The notes below the pieces were generated by a model that was given only the letters and a program-made list of their open reading frames with translations, did not search any database and was not told the DNA's origin. The position numbers and the translations under genes were made by a program. A stretch of 64,000 nucleotides of DNA from the human T2T-CHM13v2.0 reference genome, Homo sapiens. The DNA is taken from assembly GCF_009914755.1 (NCBI RefSeq), contig NC_060928.1, one strand, 5' to 3'. Below are positions 1 through 17,320 of the stretch, piece after piece (position 1 is the stretch's first letter; each line of letters starts with the position of its first letter).

Positions 1-1015
1 AATTCCTTCAATAATGAGAAATGAGTAGATATACACCTCTTGGTTCCCCCTCTACCTCCCCTATCAGTCCTTGTGTGCCTCCTTTGCAGGTTCCCCCTAA
101 TGCTGGAGCGCCTGGGACTCAGTCCTTCCACCTCCTCTCTATCGGTACACATTCCCTTGGGGATCGCTTTTACCTTGTTACTTTGGCTTTAAACAACATC
201 TGTAAACTGATGAGTCACAAATTTGTATCTCTAGCCTAGACCTCTTTTCTGCTCAGCATGCCTACTTCAAAGTCAAATCTAAACTTAATTCCTGATCTTG
301 CTTCCAAAACCTCATCCACCCACCACCTTCCCTTCAAAGTTGTTGGCAACTCCATCTTTCCAGTGGCTCAAGAAAAACCTCTTTCTCTCATAACCCATAT
401 CCAAACTGTCAGCAAATCTTGTTGGCTGTAGCTTCAAAATACACCCAGAATTTGATTACATTCCTTAAACTTCCACTGCCACCACCCTGATCCAAGCCAC
501 CATCATCTCTCACCCCAGAGTATGGCAATAATTGATCATATCATTCATTGGCTCAAAATCTTGTAATGATGCTATTTCATTTAGACCAATAGCCAAAATT
601 CCTACAATGACTAACAGAGCCAAACGTCTTTCACCCAGCCTCTTGATCTTCTTTTCCGTATCTGTCTCTAAGGCCCTTGACTACACTGTTCTTCCAGCTG
701 TTTCTGAAATACACAGAGGGGTTCCTGCTTTAGGTTGTTCTACTGGCTGCTGTCATTGCTTGGACGACTCTTTTAGTTAATAATATTCACATACATCACT
801 CCTCATCTCCCTCAAGTACTTACTCAATGTCGCCTTCTTAATAAGCTTTACGCTCACCACATCATTTAAATTTCAATCTCCTCTTTACCTCAGTATTCCT
901 GATCCTCCTTGCAAAGTTTTATTTTTTTATATCATGCATGCTAACATGCCATACATTTTCTTCTTTATTATATTTTGTTATTTATTGTCTATCTCTGTCT
1001 GCAAGAAGGTAAACT
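1..1015 (+). mobile_element. L2 (L2a-like) LINE 3' region, upstream part
   Basis: Degenerate match to L2 3' consensus (CTCAGTCCTT...CAAATTTGTATCTCTAGCCTAGACCTC..., CCACTGCCACCACCCTGATCCAAGCCACCATCATCTCTC); resumes at ~3450 after nested insertions. Confidence 0.75.
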
Positions 1016-1129
1016 TGGGGATATGGGAAGAAAGAGTATATTAGTCAAGGTTTACAGAAACACAGACCAATAGAATATAGATATAAACACAGATACAAAA
1101 GGACATGTATATATATATGTATGTATGTA

Positions 1130-2233
<1,104 letters not shown>

Positions 2234-2418
2234 TGATATAATGATTTTTAAAGGAGACTTACTATGAGAAATTGAGTTAGGGGATTATGGAGACTGAGAA
2301 ATTCCATGATCTACTATCTGCAAGCTGGAGATCCACAAAAGCTGATGGTATAATTCCATTTAAGTCCGAAGACCGGAGAACCAGGAGAGTCAGTGATGTA
2401 AACTGCAGTCTGAGGGCA

Positions 2419-3175
2419 TGATATTGTTTGGATGTTGTCCCCTCTAAATCTCATGTTGAATTGTAATCCCCGTTGTTGAAGGTGGGGCCCGGTTGGGGGT
2501 GATTGGATCATGGGGGTGAATTTCTCATGAATGGTTTAACACCATCCCCTCGGTGCTGTCCTTGTGATAGGGAGGAGGTTCTCATGAAGTCCGACTGTTT
2601 AAAGTGTGTGGCATCTTACCCCTCACCCTCTTGTTCCTGCTTTCACCATGTGAAGTGTCTGCTCCCATTTCACCTTCTGCCATGAGTAAAAGCTCCCTGA
2701 GGCCTCCCTGGAAGCTGAGCAGATGCCGGTGCCACGCTTGGGCAGCCTGCAGAAGCATGAGCTACTTAAACCTCTTTTCTTTATAAATTACCCAGTCTCT
2801 GGGCATGGTGGCTCACGTCTATAATCCCAGAACTTTAGGAGGCCAAAGAGGGTGGATCCCTTGAACTCGGGAGTTCAAGACCAGCCTGGGCAACATAACA
2901 AAACCCCATCCCTCCAAAACTACAAAAACTAGCTGGGTATGGTGGCACATACCCGTAATCCCAGCTACTTAAGAGGCTGAGGTGGGAGGATCGCTTGAGT
3001 CCAGGAGTTCAAGGCTGCAGTGAGCCAAGATCACGCCACTGCACTCCAGCCTGGGCAACAGAGCAAGCCCCTGTCTCAAAAAAATAATAAATAAATAAAT
3101 AAAATAAACATAAACATAAATGAGCCAGTCTGAGGGATTTTTTTTTAACAGCGATGGAAAGAACAGCCTAATACA
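2419..3175 (+). mobile_element. MSTA-like (ERVL-MaLR) solo LTR
   Basis: TGATATTGTTTGG...AAATCTCATGTTGAATTGTAATCCC start, ...CCTAATACA end, 5-bp TSD GGGCA (2414-2418 / 3176-3180); split by an Alu. Confidence 0.88.
2798..3116 (+). mobile_element. AluJ inside MSTA
   Basis: Full dimer with AluJ-type GGAGGATCGCTTGAG...GAGTTCAAGGCTGCAG right arm and A-rich tail. Confidence 0.92.
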
Positions 3176-3449
3176 GGGCAGAAGAATATCTGAGATGAGA
3201 TCCCCAGCTCAAGTAGTGAGGCAGGAAAAACAGGAGGAATTCCTCCTTCCTTAACCTTTTGTTCTATTCAGGCCCTCAACAGGTTGAATGAAACCCATTC
3301 ACATGGGGAAGGCCATCTGCTTTACTGAGTCCACCAATTCAAATGCTAATCTCACCCAGAAACACCCTGACAGATACACCCAGAAACAATGTTTAATCTG
3401 GGCACCCATGGCCCACTCAAGTTGACACAAAAAATTAACCATCACAAAA

Positions 3450-3561
3450 CGCAGTGATCTTTGTCAGTTTTATTCACTGATGTATCCCAAGCATTTAAAA
3501 CACAGTCTGAAGCATGGTGTGTGCTCAGTAAGAATTGCTGAATGAATGAGTGAATGAATGA
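3450..3561 (+). mobile_element. L2 extreme 3' end with (TGAA)n tail
   Basis: TTCACTGATGTATCCCAAGC...TGCTCAGTAAGAATTGCTGAATGAATGAGTGAATGAATGA. Confidence 0.8.
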
Positions 3562-3904
3562 TTGAAGATAAGTGGTGCTAATTGACATCAGGACTAATGA
3601 TATAAATGGACAGTATGTGCAATCAAAGTAGATAGAAGTAAAATTTCAAAGCCATAAGGTGCTTTAAGGCTCACCCAACACAACCCCTTTAAAACATTTA
3701 GAAAACAGAACCAGAGAAATCAAATGTTTATGAGAGATCATTCTGCAAACTAGTGGCAAAGAGTAAAGAAAATCTGAGCCTTTTAATTTAGTAGTTTTCC
3801 TCAGCTCTTCACTACTTCTCTTGCCTAGGGAATGCTTTAGCCTAGATTTCTTGAGGTTCCAGAGGACAGTCACAATTACATTTAAAGGGTGTTTAACTTA
3901 TGTT

Positions 3905-4200
3905 TTTCTTTTTCTTTTTTTTTTTGACAAAGTCTCTCTTTGTCGAGGCTGGAGTACAGTGGTGCTATCTCAGCTCTCTGCAATCTCCACCTCCCAGTTT
4001 CAAGCAATTATCCTGCCTCAGCCCCCTGAGTAGCTGGTATTACAGACGCGCCACCATGCCTGACTAATTTTTTAATTTTTAGTAGAGATGGGATTTCGCC
4101 CTGTTGGCCGGGCTGGTTTTGAACTCCTGGGTTCAAGTAATCTGCCCACCTCAGCCTCCCAAAGTGCTGGAATTACAGGCATGATCCATTGCACCTGGAC
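3905..4200 (-). mobile_element. Alu (J/S)
   Basis: Antisense dimer with poly-T; flanked by TGTTTAAC. Confidence 0.92.
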
Positions 4201-4713
4201 TGTTTAACATATTTATTTCAGGAAATATTAACTAGTGCCTAAGAAATGGTATGTTGATATCTCACACAGTAGGTCCAGGGACCCCAGAACAGACTGAGAT
4301 GGGTTACCAGACCAAGTGACAATGCCCCTCAGGCTTATGGATCCCAGTCTGTGGACAGTGGCCTCCCAAAATCTATCACAAGTTGTCTTGAGCACCCAGC
4401 CCTCTACAGCTTTCTCTGTCTTTATATGTGACATGTTTCTCACGTGCCATTAATTTTAACATCAATCTTAGTGCTCTTTCTGCTCATCATCTTAATGCCT
4501 CTTAGTTCAGAGGCAGTTCACACCTTACAAAAGATGTCATTAGCCTTTGCGATACTGAACCAAAACATTACCTAGGAAGAAACGAGTGTTCACTAGTCTC
4601 TTCTCAGTGGGCAAATGTCCTCTCATCCTTGCTCTGTCTCCTTTCGCTAGGTGTAATCCCTTTCCTAGCCAACAGGAAAAGTTACATTAGTGAGCACCCA
4701 AGTCTTCTTATAA

Positions 4714-4887
<174 letters not shown>

Positions 4888-5158
4888 TCTCATAGCCACC
4901 GATATTTCTCGCTAAGAAGACAGAGGAAGCAATCCATGGGAACTACTTATCCACAGTTACACAAGAGGAGGGGATAATGAAGAAAGTTAAAATCACTTAC
5001 TGATTAAACACGATGATAATAACCATTAATGAACTCAATACTCGGGAAAGGCTTCACATTTCTGGGACTCAGCATTATCCAAAATATCTATTAAGAGCCA
5101 TACACCATTCTAGCTGCAATTGATTATACAAAAAAAAAAAGACCAAAGTGGTTACAAT

Positions 5159-5164
5159 AATAAA
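5159..5164 (+). terminator. Candidate proximal poly(A) signal AATAAA
   Basis: AATAAA ~270 nt after the stop codon. Confidence 0.35.
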
Positions 5165-5618
5165 ATAGAACACAGAGAAAGAAGAAAACTACATGTGTTA
5201 CAATTTGGTAAGATAAACAAACAAACAAAAAATTTAATCACTTTTTTTGGTCCTGCGACACACATGATAATTTTTGTCTTAATTCTCCTAACAAATGATA
5301 ATGAAAAGCTATAAGTAACTGTGTTATTGCTTCCGTATCTGAAATAGGTGAAAGAGGGAAAAAACACTATATATTTTTTCAGCTTTACAGAAGAAATTTT
5401 GAAAGGTTTACATTCAATGGAAATATTAGCATTGCCTCAGTAAGCTTTAAAACACAAATGTCTACGTTTTCTGAAGCAATATGGTTTACAGAGACATGAG
5501 TGTTTGTAAATCTCTCGTCCCAATACTATGTAAATCCTTAATGTGTAAGCATCCAGGAAAATTTGTCATTCTGTGTCCTTTATTCATCCTAAAAGTTGAA
5601 AGTTTTCTGTTATTTATA

Positions 5619-6228
<610 letters not shown>

Positions 6229-6438
6229 TGTTATTTATAACTCTTACAAACATTAAACCATCACAATCAATGCTGGCAGCATTATCGTGGCAGGAAGGAA
6301 TCCACAATACAACCAAAGATACCTACCTGCATCTCATAAGAATCATAGCTCAGGTCTCCATTGCCACAGAGTTTCAGTCATGTGAGAGACTCCCTTTATC
6401 TGTACTTACCCCTTACTGCTCACTTTCAAGAAAGATTC

Positions 6439-6444
6439 AATAAA
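6439..6444 (+). terminator. Candidate distal poly(A) signal AATAAA
   Basis: AATAAA in unique sequence downstream of the inverted Alu pair. Confidence 0.35.
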
Positions 6445-6559
6445 GATGGCTTTCTGCCATACAGAGATAGGCATACTAGTGTAAACAGAATGCTTACAAA
6501 GTTAACCAAGTAGTCACCCAGGTCAGAGTACTAAACATTTAAAAGGGCTCACTAAGTTA

Positions 6560-6800
6560 GAGAGGACAGAGAATGGGCTTTGGAGATGAGCAGATCTGGG
6601 TTTGAGTCTGCTCCAACCTTTCCTTATTATATGACCTTGGGCAAAGTACTTAATTTCTCTGAGCCTTGGTGTTCTCTCTGAAAAAATGAGCATTTTAAAA
6701 AATCTTTGCTGGGCTGACAAATGGATGAGAGATAGTATAAGTAAAATGTGTAACTCAGTGCCTAGGATCGTTGCTGAATAACGCTACCTATTATTATTGG
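6560..6800 (+). mobile_element. MIR
   Basis: CTGGGTTTGAGTC...TGACCTTGGGCAAAGTACTTAATTTCTCTGAGCCT MIR core. Confidence 0.8.
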
Positions 6801-6984
6801 AAAGCATTTTGGGACATTTGGACTTTTAAGTTTACTGATACGTTTTTTCAGAAAAGCAGAAAAATCAACAACATGGTTTCAAATACTTGGATGAGGCTCC
6901 ATTCACTCCCTTAGCCCATCTTACATATATTACTGCATTGACTGGAAATGGGAGGCACTTCACAATTAGGAATATTGTCAGGTC

Positions 6985-7122
6985 AGCCAGGCGCCGTGGG
7001 CATGCTTATAGTCCAAGCTACTCACAAGGCTGAGGCAGGAGGATCGCTTGAGCCTGGGAGTTTGAGGCTGCAGTGAGCTCCAGCCTGGGTGAAAGAGAAG
7101 ACCCTATCTCAAAAAATAAAAA
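6985..7122 (+). mobile_element. Alu monomer (FRAM/FAM-like)
   Basis: Right-arm-type monomer with A tail. Confidence 0.85.
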
Positions 7123-7205
7123 ATTTTAAAAACCTGTCAAGTTAGATGTTAAAGAGGACATGTAAAATAAAATCTCCCTAACATGTTTATGAAATAGCTG
7201 CAAAA

Positions 7206-7506
<301 letters not shown>

Positions 7507-7589
7507 GAAATAACTGCCAAAACCCCAGGCTATTATTTTGTTACCCAAAGCATAACCAATCTACCAAAGCCATCCAAAATGCTTCAGAA

Positions 7590-7881
<292 letters not shown>

Positions 7882-10066
7882 GTGCTTCAAAAGCAACCGT
7901 ATAACAGAGACATACTGAACATAGGATTTCTGCCATTCTTGTCTGCCTATAAGGATAGACAAACTATCTCAGATAAGTAACTGAGATATTTATTCAACGG
8001 TATTCTCATCCAGCATAAAATACTTTTTTCAATGTAGTAACAAACTTACCATCTTTTACTTTAAGTGTTCTATTATTTTTGATTTGCAATCAGAGCAATA
8101 GTAAATTGAGTGAGAAAGTTCTGAGTTTTACAGAAACTAGAAGGTGTAGGAATTTTCTTAAGAAATCCTGTTCTCATAGCAACCCATCCCGTTTCTTGAT
8201 GAAGGAGTTCGGATAAGTATATGAAGTTTGGAGTGTTTATTACGACTCTCAGACCTTTTGAAATTTACCCATCACAAATACCTTCTGTTTTTATGTGTGC
8301 AGTTAATATAGATTTAAATATATACTTGCCTTCTGAATTTTATTATAGATATACAGATATAGACACCTTATGTTTCTTTCAATAGAAGTATCTAAGAAAT
8401 AAACATTTTCTTTGAACTCTAATCACACTTAACAAAAAAGTTCTCTGGATCTAATAGCAACTTTCAAGCAGCCACATGCTAAACTAAGAAACCCAGCATC
8501 TCTCCATAGCTTTTCCTTGTCCATCTCCCAGAAAATCGGCTGTTCTTATTCAAAAGGGGTTTCCATTTTGTGAAGTATTTAAAAGGCAGTAAAGGAGAGT
8601 TAATAATTGGAGAAATATGATGGATAAGAATTGCACTTCAAACTTCTACTCTTGACACAGTCAGAGTCCAACGCTGGAGCTAATGGGTCGCTATACTGTT
8701 CACTGAGAGACTGAGTCAAACAAACAAACAAAAAGTTTGCTCAGATAAGAGAAAGAGTCCATCAAGGAAAATAAGAAGATAGGGGAGAGAGGCTAAAAAA
8801 AGGTATAGTGTTTCCAACAGTAAACATTTCATTTTGTCTTACAATAGGCAGGAAAACAGTCTATTCTTTGTTATTTTCTATCTGTTAGTATTTTAACTGA
8901 TAAAAGACTGAAGTACTTTATTTCTTTTTGCTCTGATTTGGGAAGAAAGGACAGGACTTCAGAAGCACTTATTCTTAAGAAGACCTTTGTATTTCAGGCA
9001 CTCATAACAGTGATGAAATACACAGATGGGTTCAAAATGTTACCTCTGCATTTATCAATCCAAATAAAATGATTATTATCTAATGACTGGAAAATAGATG
9101 TAAATGTTTCTAAAAGTAAAACCAACAATCCGTTATTTGTGCTACCTGGAAGTAGAGAAAGAATAACTAAGGTTCACAAATAATACAAAAGCTGACTTCA
9201 TTCAGTGGTTTCAAGCTTCTCTCAAGCTTAATCTATTATTTGAAGAGTTAACCAGAAACTAAACCAATCAGCTGAAGTTTTAACTTTTTCTTCTTTCAGC
9301 TCTAAGTCCTTGTGGAAAAAGATATTAAAGTACAAGGAAAAGACCATAAGTCTTGCAGGAAGTAAAAACATGAAGAGAAAAATGTGGAGAGACAAGTAAA
9401 CTGCGTTTTTCCGCAGTCTCAGAATTTATCCCGCTCTGTGTAACCCAGAAGTGACTGTGAAGGCGCAACCTGTGTATGTAGCCTGGACCCCACATGCTCT
9501 GCTACTGAGCTTGAGTCATTAATCTTCTGGCCACCGATTTTTCTCTCAAAAATTACATGAGCTTCCTCCATCAATAAATATCTTCAGTGCTCTATCCATT
9601 AATTTCCCATCCACTGAATAAAGGTTACAACAACTATTCATGAGGTTAGGTTTGTTTAAAAATACAGTTTACATCAATTAAGTGGGGTACATTAGGGAAT
9701 TAGAAGGAGAACAGAGAAGGCAGCAGTGAGTGCTTCCAACCCAACTTCAGGGGCTGGGACAAGGTGAAATTACAGAGATCACAAACTGAAGATACTAAAC
9801 AGGAATGAAAGGGGCTGGTCTCACATGTATCACAGCCTACCATTTCCAGAGACACAGCTCTCAGGTTCCAAAGGGACTAGTTGACATCAATTGCAAGATG
9901 GTTTTCTAGATCCCACAGCCTTTCTCAACAACAGTTTACAAGAGAATTAGCCATACAAAAAATTATTTGAGTGACTGTTTTTTCAATTTTCTGAAGGGTT
10001 GTGCATAACTAGTACTATTCTAATTGCACAGGAGAGAAATTAACTCATAACATTAATGCCTTAGGG

Positions 10067-10540
<474 letters not shown>

Positions 10541-10786
10541 ATGTCATTGCTTACAATTGCATATAAACTTTGGAAGAGTAAACAAGAAATTGGTAGCATT
10601 ATTTGTTCCTAATGAGGAGAACTAAGGGTCTGTGAACAATTGCGGGAAGGAGACCTTTCCATATACAGCCTTTGGGCATAAGCAACCATGCCCAACCCCA
10701 AGTCTCTTCATAAAGGAAAATATTAATAATTTGTCTTGGTTGAATGTATGTTAAATGGAACAAAATTGATTCCTTTAAAAAATTAT

Positions 10787-11092
10787 AGCCGGCAGCAGTG
10801 ACTCACGACCATGGGCCCAGCACTTGGGAGGCCCAGACGGGTGGATCACTTGAGTCCAGGAGACCGGCCTGGGCAGCCTGTAGAAACTCTATGAAAAATA
10901 AAAAAGTTAGCCGGTGATTTGCACCTGTGGTCCCGGCTGCTAGTAGGGAGGTGGGGGGCAGTGCTGAGGTGGGAGGATTGCTTGAGCTCAGAAGGTGGAG
11001 GTTGCAGTGAGCCATGATCTTGCTCCACTGCACTCCAGCCTGGGTGACCGAGTGAGACCCTTCTCAAAAAATAAAATAAAATAAAATAAAAA
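10787..11092 (+). mobile_element. AluJ (diverged)
   Basis: Dimer with (TAAAA)n tail; TSD AAAAATTATA. Confidence 0.9.
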
Positions 11093-11615
11093 TTATAAAC
11101 AAGGAAAAGTCTTAGTTCATAGATGAAATGATTAGACCTTCTTCTCTGGAGTAATAGAAATCGGTCCTTTCTGGATGAGAACCAGCATCTTTGCAGCCTT
11201 AAGCCACCTGAAGCTTAGTTGGCATGAGAACGTAGTTAGAAAACTCCTCTTTATTACTGAGAAGCAAATTCCAGAGGTTCATCTGCCAGGACTAACTTGG
11301 ATCTGAGGGGTAGATACCTTTGCTCAAAAATGCAAATCTTCAGAGCTCGCGGAAGTGGAAGAATAACTACATAGGCAAAGAAAATGCCATCTCTGTCTCC
11401 GCGAGCTTCCTCTAGCAGGCCGGGATTTTTCATGGTCAGCCTGTTTGAAGCTCTACAGAAGCGTTCAGCCTAAGAGGTTTGTGTGCTTGGACAAAGCCCA
11501 GCGTGGACGCCACACACTTGAGGACGAAGGCATTCCTTTCATGTTAGCGGACTTTGGAATTTCCCTCCCTGGGATTTGTATTGTTTTCTCTTCGTGTTGG
11601 GATCAGTCCTATCGG

Positions 11616-11665
11616 TTTTTTTTGTTTTTTTTTTTTTTTTTTTTGCTTTTTTGTTTTTTGTTTTG
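11616..11665. repeat. T-rich simple repeat
   Basis: Poly-T/(TTTTTTG)n tract not attached to an Alu. Confidence 0.9.
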
Positions 11666-12002
11666 CTAGAATTCCTTAGATCTTACCCTGAGCCTCTTAT
11701 TCCCTAAGCAGATGTCTTTGGTTAGATTTTTGAAATGCCACCATTACCTTCATTTGATACTGGAAGAACTACATTGGCATCCTGTCTTTGCATTTGGGTA
11801 GATTTTACTCCTAAGTATTTATTGTGAGCAAGACTAAGTGCTTGCCTTACCTGGCCTCATGGAGTTCTCCCACGATGCCATCCTCCTGAAGACTCCATAG
11901 CTGCCTCTGCTTCACAGAGGAAATTGGGGCATAGAGTGTTTAAGGAATTTCCCCGGTGTCTTGGTACCTCACTTTGGCATTTCTTGGAATACCGATTCAT
12001 TA

Positions 12003-12348
<346 letters not shown>

Positions 12349-12979
12349 TATACAGATAGATACATAGAGAGATAGATATATACATAGATATACATATATA
12401 GTATCTTTTGAACTTCAAACCATGTGATATAATATATAATTCAACAAATTAATTTTAATTAAATTAAATCCTTAAAATTTAAAAAAGTAAAATATGCTGT
12501 ATGATTTGTATGAATTACGTATCCATTAACTAGCCGTTTTAAAATAATTAAAGGAAAAAATGGACAAAAGATTGGATTAACTCCCAAAAAGTGTCTGTTG
12601 GTAGTTCTTTTTTTCAAGTTCATCCCCTTCTAATATAAAAGAAATCCAATTTCAGTTATCGAATATAAACTTTTACTCCCTTGGAATTTGCCACTTGCTT
12701 TCTCTTGTAATTCTCTTCAAATCTTTGGCAGTCTTAAGTCTATTTTTGTATAATTTATCTTTTCTTTTAACTACTTACAATTTTCACTTAACATTCTGTA
12801 AGTCACAAATTTCTCAACAACACATGGAAAATAAAGTATACAGCCAATTTTATAAGGATTAATAAAGATGTTAAAGTTTGAGAAGATATTATTCCAACCT
12901 GAGAGTGTTTCAGAGTATATGAAAATGCTGAGCAATATGAGGACAAAACCTGCTTATCCTTAGCACACAGGCTGAAGTG

Positions 12980-13395
12980 GGAATTAGTCAGGGGAAGCTA
13001 TGCTATACTGTTTTTACAAAAATTTAAAAAGGGGAGAAAAAGAAAAATCTCAGCATCTGAGAGCATATATTATTTCTCATGTTGAATATGGTTGACAATT
13101 TGGTTTTGTGGTCGGGTTACTTACGTCCAAGTGGGAACTTAGAGACCAAGACTACTTCCATTGTGATGTTGCCACTTCAACACGTCATCCATAAGAAAGG
13201 GAGAGAAGTGTAAGTGAGAGATTTTTATGAACCAGATCTGAAAATACATACATCGTTGCCACCAATATCCCATTGGCCAGAATTAGTGATATGATATCCT
13301 ACCTAGCTGCAAGAAAACTGGGAAATGCATCTTCCAATGTGCTCAGGACAAAAATAAAATGGTTTGATGAACACATAGCATTGTCTTTGTCCGGT
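12980..13395. mobile_element. Old MaLR LTR (MLT1K/L-like)
   Basis: CCCATTGGCCAGAATTAGT...CCTAGCTGCAAGAAAACTGGGAAATG...AATGGTTTGATGAACA motif chain. Confidence 0.6.
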
Positions 13396-13511
13396 TGAGA
13401 AATCAAGAAAACACACAACTTAAATACATTTCAATAATGGATTTTACTTAACACTGCCAAATTCAAAATGATCTTCCATAGATTATTATTGTCATCAGAA
13501 TACTCACATGA

Positions 13512-13893
<382 letters not shown>

Positions 13894-14452
13894 AAGAATT
13901 TGCTTTTTTTAAAGAAACATTTAACTTGTATGGATTCTCAAATACCTCTCAGGTTGATTCCTGAGCTTACCTTTTTACATTTATAGCGGACAAATATGGA
14001 CTCAAGAAATAGATAAGCAAGTATAAACTGTTTTAAAATTTAGTAACATTTGCATCAATTTGTTAAAGTGTAATTATAAAAAAAGTGCATAATGTTCATT
14101 CATATGTAAACCTTCATATATTATTCTGAGTTAACTTTGTGTAAGTGTGCCTTATTTTTTAAATGAAATTGTGAGTGTCTTGCAAAAAACATAATGTTTG
14201 CTTTTATCCTCCAATAGTTCTTTGTATAGTATCAGTGTTGCTAGGATTAACTAAGATAGAACTTTTCGTCCTCAAGAGACCTTAGGTTGCACTTCAATAT
14301 TTATTTTTAGCGCATAAATTATGAGGGAAATTAAATTACATTTGTTTCAGTTACACATTGATTTAGTAAACAAATATTTATTGTAATAAATGTGTGTGAT
14401 ATCAACAGTATTGTGAATCTGGAAATACCTAGAAGAGGATATAAAAGGAAGA

Positions 14453-14740
14453 GGCCAGGCATGGTGGTTGATGCCTATAATCCCAGCACTTTGAGAGGTC
14501 AAGGCAGGAGGATCACTTGAGTCTAGGAGTTCAAGACTAGCTTGGGCAACATGGTGAAAACCTGTCTCTACTAAAAATACAAAAAATTAGCTGGGTGTGG
14601 TGGCACATGCCTGTAGTCCCAGCTACTCAGGAGTCTGAGGTGGGAGAGTCATCTGAGCCTGGAAAGTTGAGGCTACAGTGAGCAGTGATGTGTCACTGCA
14701 CTACTGCCTGGGCAATGGGAGTGAAAGCCTGTCTAAAAAG
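14453..14740 (+). mobile_element. AluJ
   Basis: Full dimer whose tail runs into a purine microsatellite. Confidence 0.93.
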
Positions 14741-14787
14741 AAGGAAGGAGGGAAGGAAGGAAGGAAGGAAGGAAGGAAGGAGAAGAA

Positions 14788-14818
<31 letters not shown>

Positions 14819-14868
14819 TGGAGGAGGGGGGAGGGGGAGGGGGAGGGAGAGGGAGAGGGAGAAGGAGA
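14740..14868 (+). repeat. Compound purine microsatellite (GGAA)7-(GAA)n-(GAGGGR)n
   Basis: (GGAA)7 at 14751-14778, then GAA and GAGGG units. Confidence 0.95.
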
Positions 14869-14897
14869 TCCTGCAAAAGTTTTGCTTGAAATAATTA

Positions 14898-15311
<414 letters not shown>

Positions 15312-15610
15312 TTAGTCTTCTCTCACCTTCTAGCAAGACTGTAGACTCTGCTGACAAAATGAGTACTTTTGTATATACCCATTATTTGTTTGTAGCTTGT
15401 GATATGTTTTTTGTTGTTCAGCTTAATCAAGAATTGGACTACTATATTCATTTTAAATCCAGTAATCAATGAACCTTAATACTAGGAACTTTATATAGTT
15501 ATGCCTTCAATATGTGACTGTCTGAATTATCAAAGCACATTTAATTGTTTAAGCTTATATGGTGAATCATTAAAAATAGATTTGCAAATGTAAGGTCAAA
15601 ATGAGTTTTG

Positions 15611-16044
<434 letters not shown>

Positions 16045-16224
16045 TTATAAAAATTAACACTGTGGTCACCACCAAAATGAAAATCTGTATTTGCCCTGTC
16101 ATACGACCCTTCCTAATGGCAAAAGACCTCCTAAAATTGTTTCACATCCAAATACAGAGGTCTTCTAAGTAAATTAACTCTGTCCAAGAAAATGCTTAGA
16201 GAGCTCTTAAAGGCAATCTGTAAA

Positions 16225-16393
16225 TGAGTCGATGGTTATATCAGAATCATTTGGGAAGCCTTTATAAAACATAAACTCCAGAGTCTTGCTCCCCAGTGGT
16301 ATGATTTAGTAGGTCTAAAGCAGAACCTGGAAATTTATATTTCTGAAAAGTCCAGGAGGTTGCCACGCTGCCAAATTTAGGAAGCACTGCTTT
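16225..16393. mobile_element. MER5-family hAT fossil
   Basis: ATCAGAATCATTTGGGAAGC...GATTTAGTAGGTCT...TTTAGGAAGCACTGCTTTA. Confidence 0.65.
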
Positions 16394-17170
16394 ATACTAC
16401 TCGCCCTCCTTGAAACATCAATGCAAGACAACATTTGTAGGAGCACAACATTGCTCATACGAGACTTCAAAAAGGAGAAGCAAGTTAGAGCTCAGATTAC
16501 ATAAGATTTTAAAAATTACATTCAGAAATCAAACATTTAAAAAACTGACCTTTATAGGTAAAGTAATCAAACCATTCAGGTTGAAGTAAGAAAAACCTTT
16601 CTACCCACATCTAAGATTTCAAATTACCTCTCAGTGAGAAGAAAGGCATTCTCCAAAAAGAGAGATAGAAACAGGCTCAGAAAATCATAAATAAGATAAA
16701 TTTATAGGTGTGGATTTCAGTCCGTAGATCTCAGACCACAAATTTGTGTTTATAAGAGAGGCATTGAAAATTTTAACCTCAGGGGTTTAGCCTTGGGGAT
16801 TTTCTGCCTCCTCCTCACTTCACTGGAAATGTTCCATGAGTGATTTTAGGACCTTATGCAGTTGCAAAGTTTTTTGAGGGGTCTGGGAACTTGAATGAGT
16901 ATCTCATAATAATATCCAGGCTCAATGAAAGAATTAACAACTCATCTAACATATGGCACAAGAGATAAAAATTACTCCTTGGGGGTCACAGGCAAAGGTG
17001 GGGCCCCTGTACATACAGGCCCCAGGGTGGCTGCTGTGAAGAATAAAACAACATCTTTTTTAAAAAAGAACTCAAGATTGCTCCTATCATTTGCCTTACA
17101 GGTCCTCAGACTTGTGTGATTTTCTGCAACAAACAGGGAGAGAAGAGGGAATAAAATTATGTGCATTCCA

Positions 17171-17320
17171 GGCCAGGTACGGTGGCTCACTCCTATAATC
17201 CCATCACTTTGGGAGGCTGAGGCCTGAGGATTGCTGGAGCCCAGAAATTCAAGACCAGCCTGGGCAACAGGGTGAAACCCCATCTCTATATTAAAAAAAA
17301 AAAAAAAAGAAAAGAAAAGA
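17171..17320 (+). mobile_element. FLAM-C / Alu left monomer
   Basis: Left arm only followed by A tail. Confidence 0.88.

Noticed and set aside
11616-12000. Antisense processed pseudogene starting at the poly-T tract
   Set aside because: No adjacent TTTATT signal, no TSD and no recognisable coding frame
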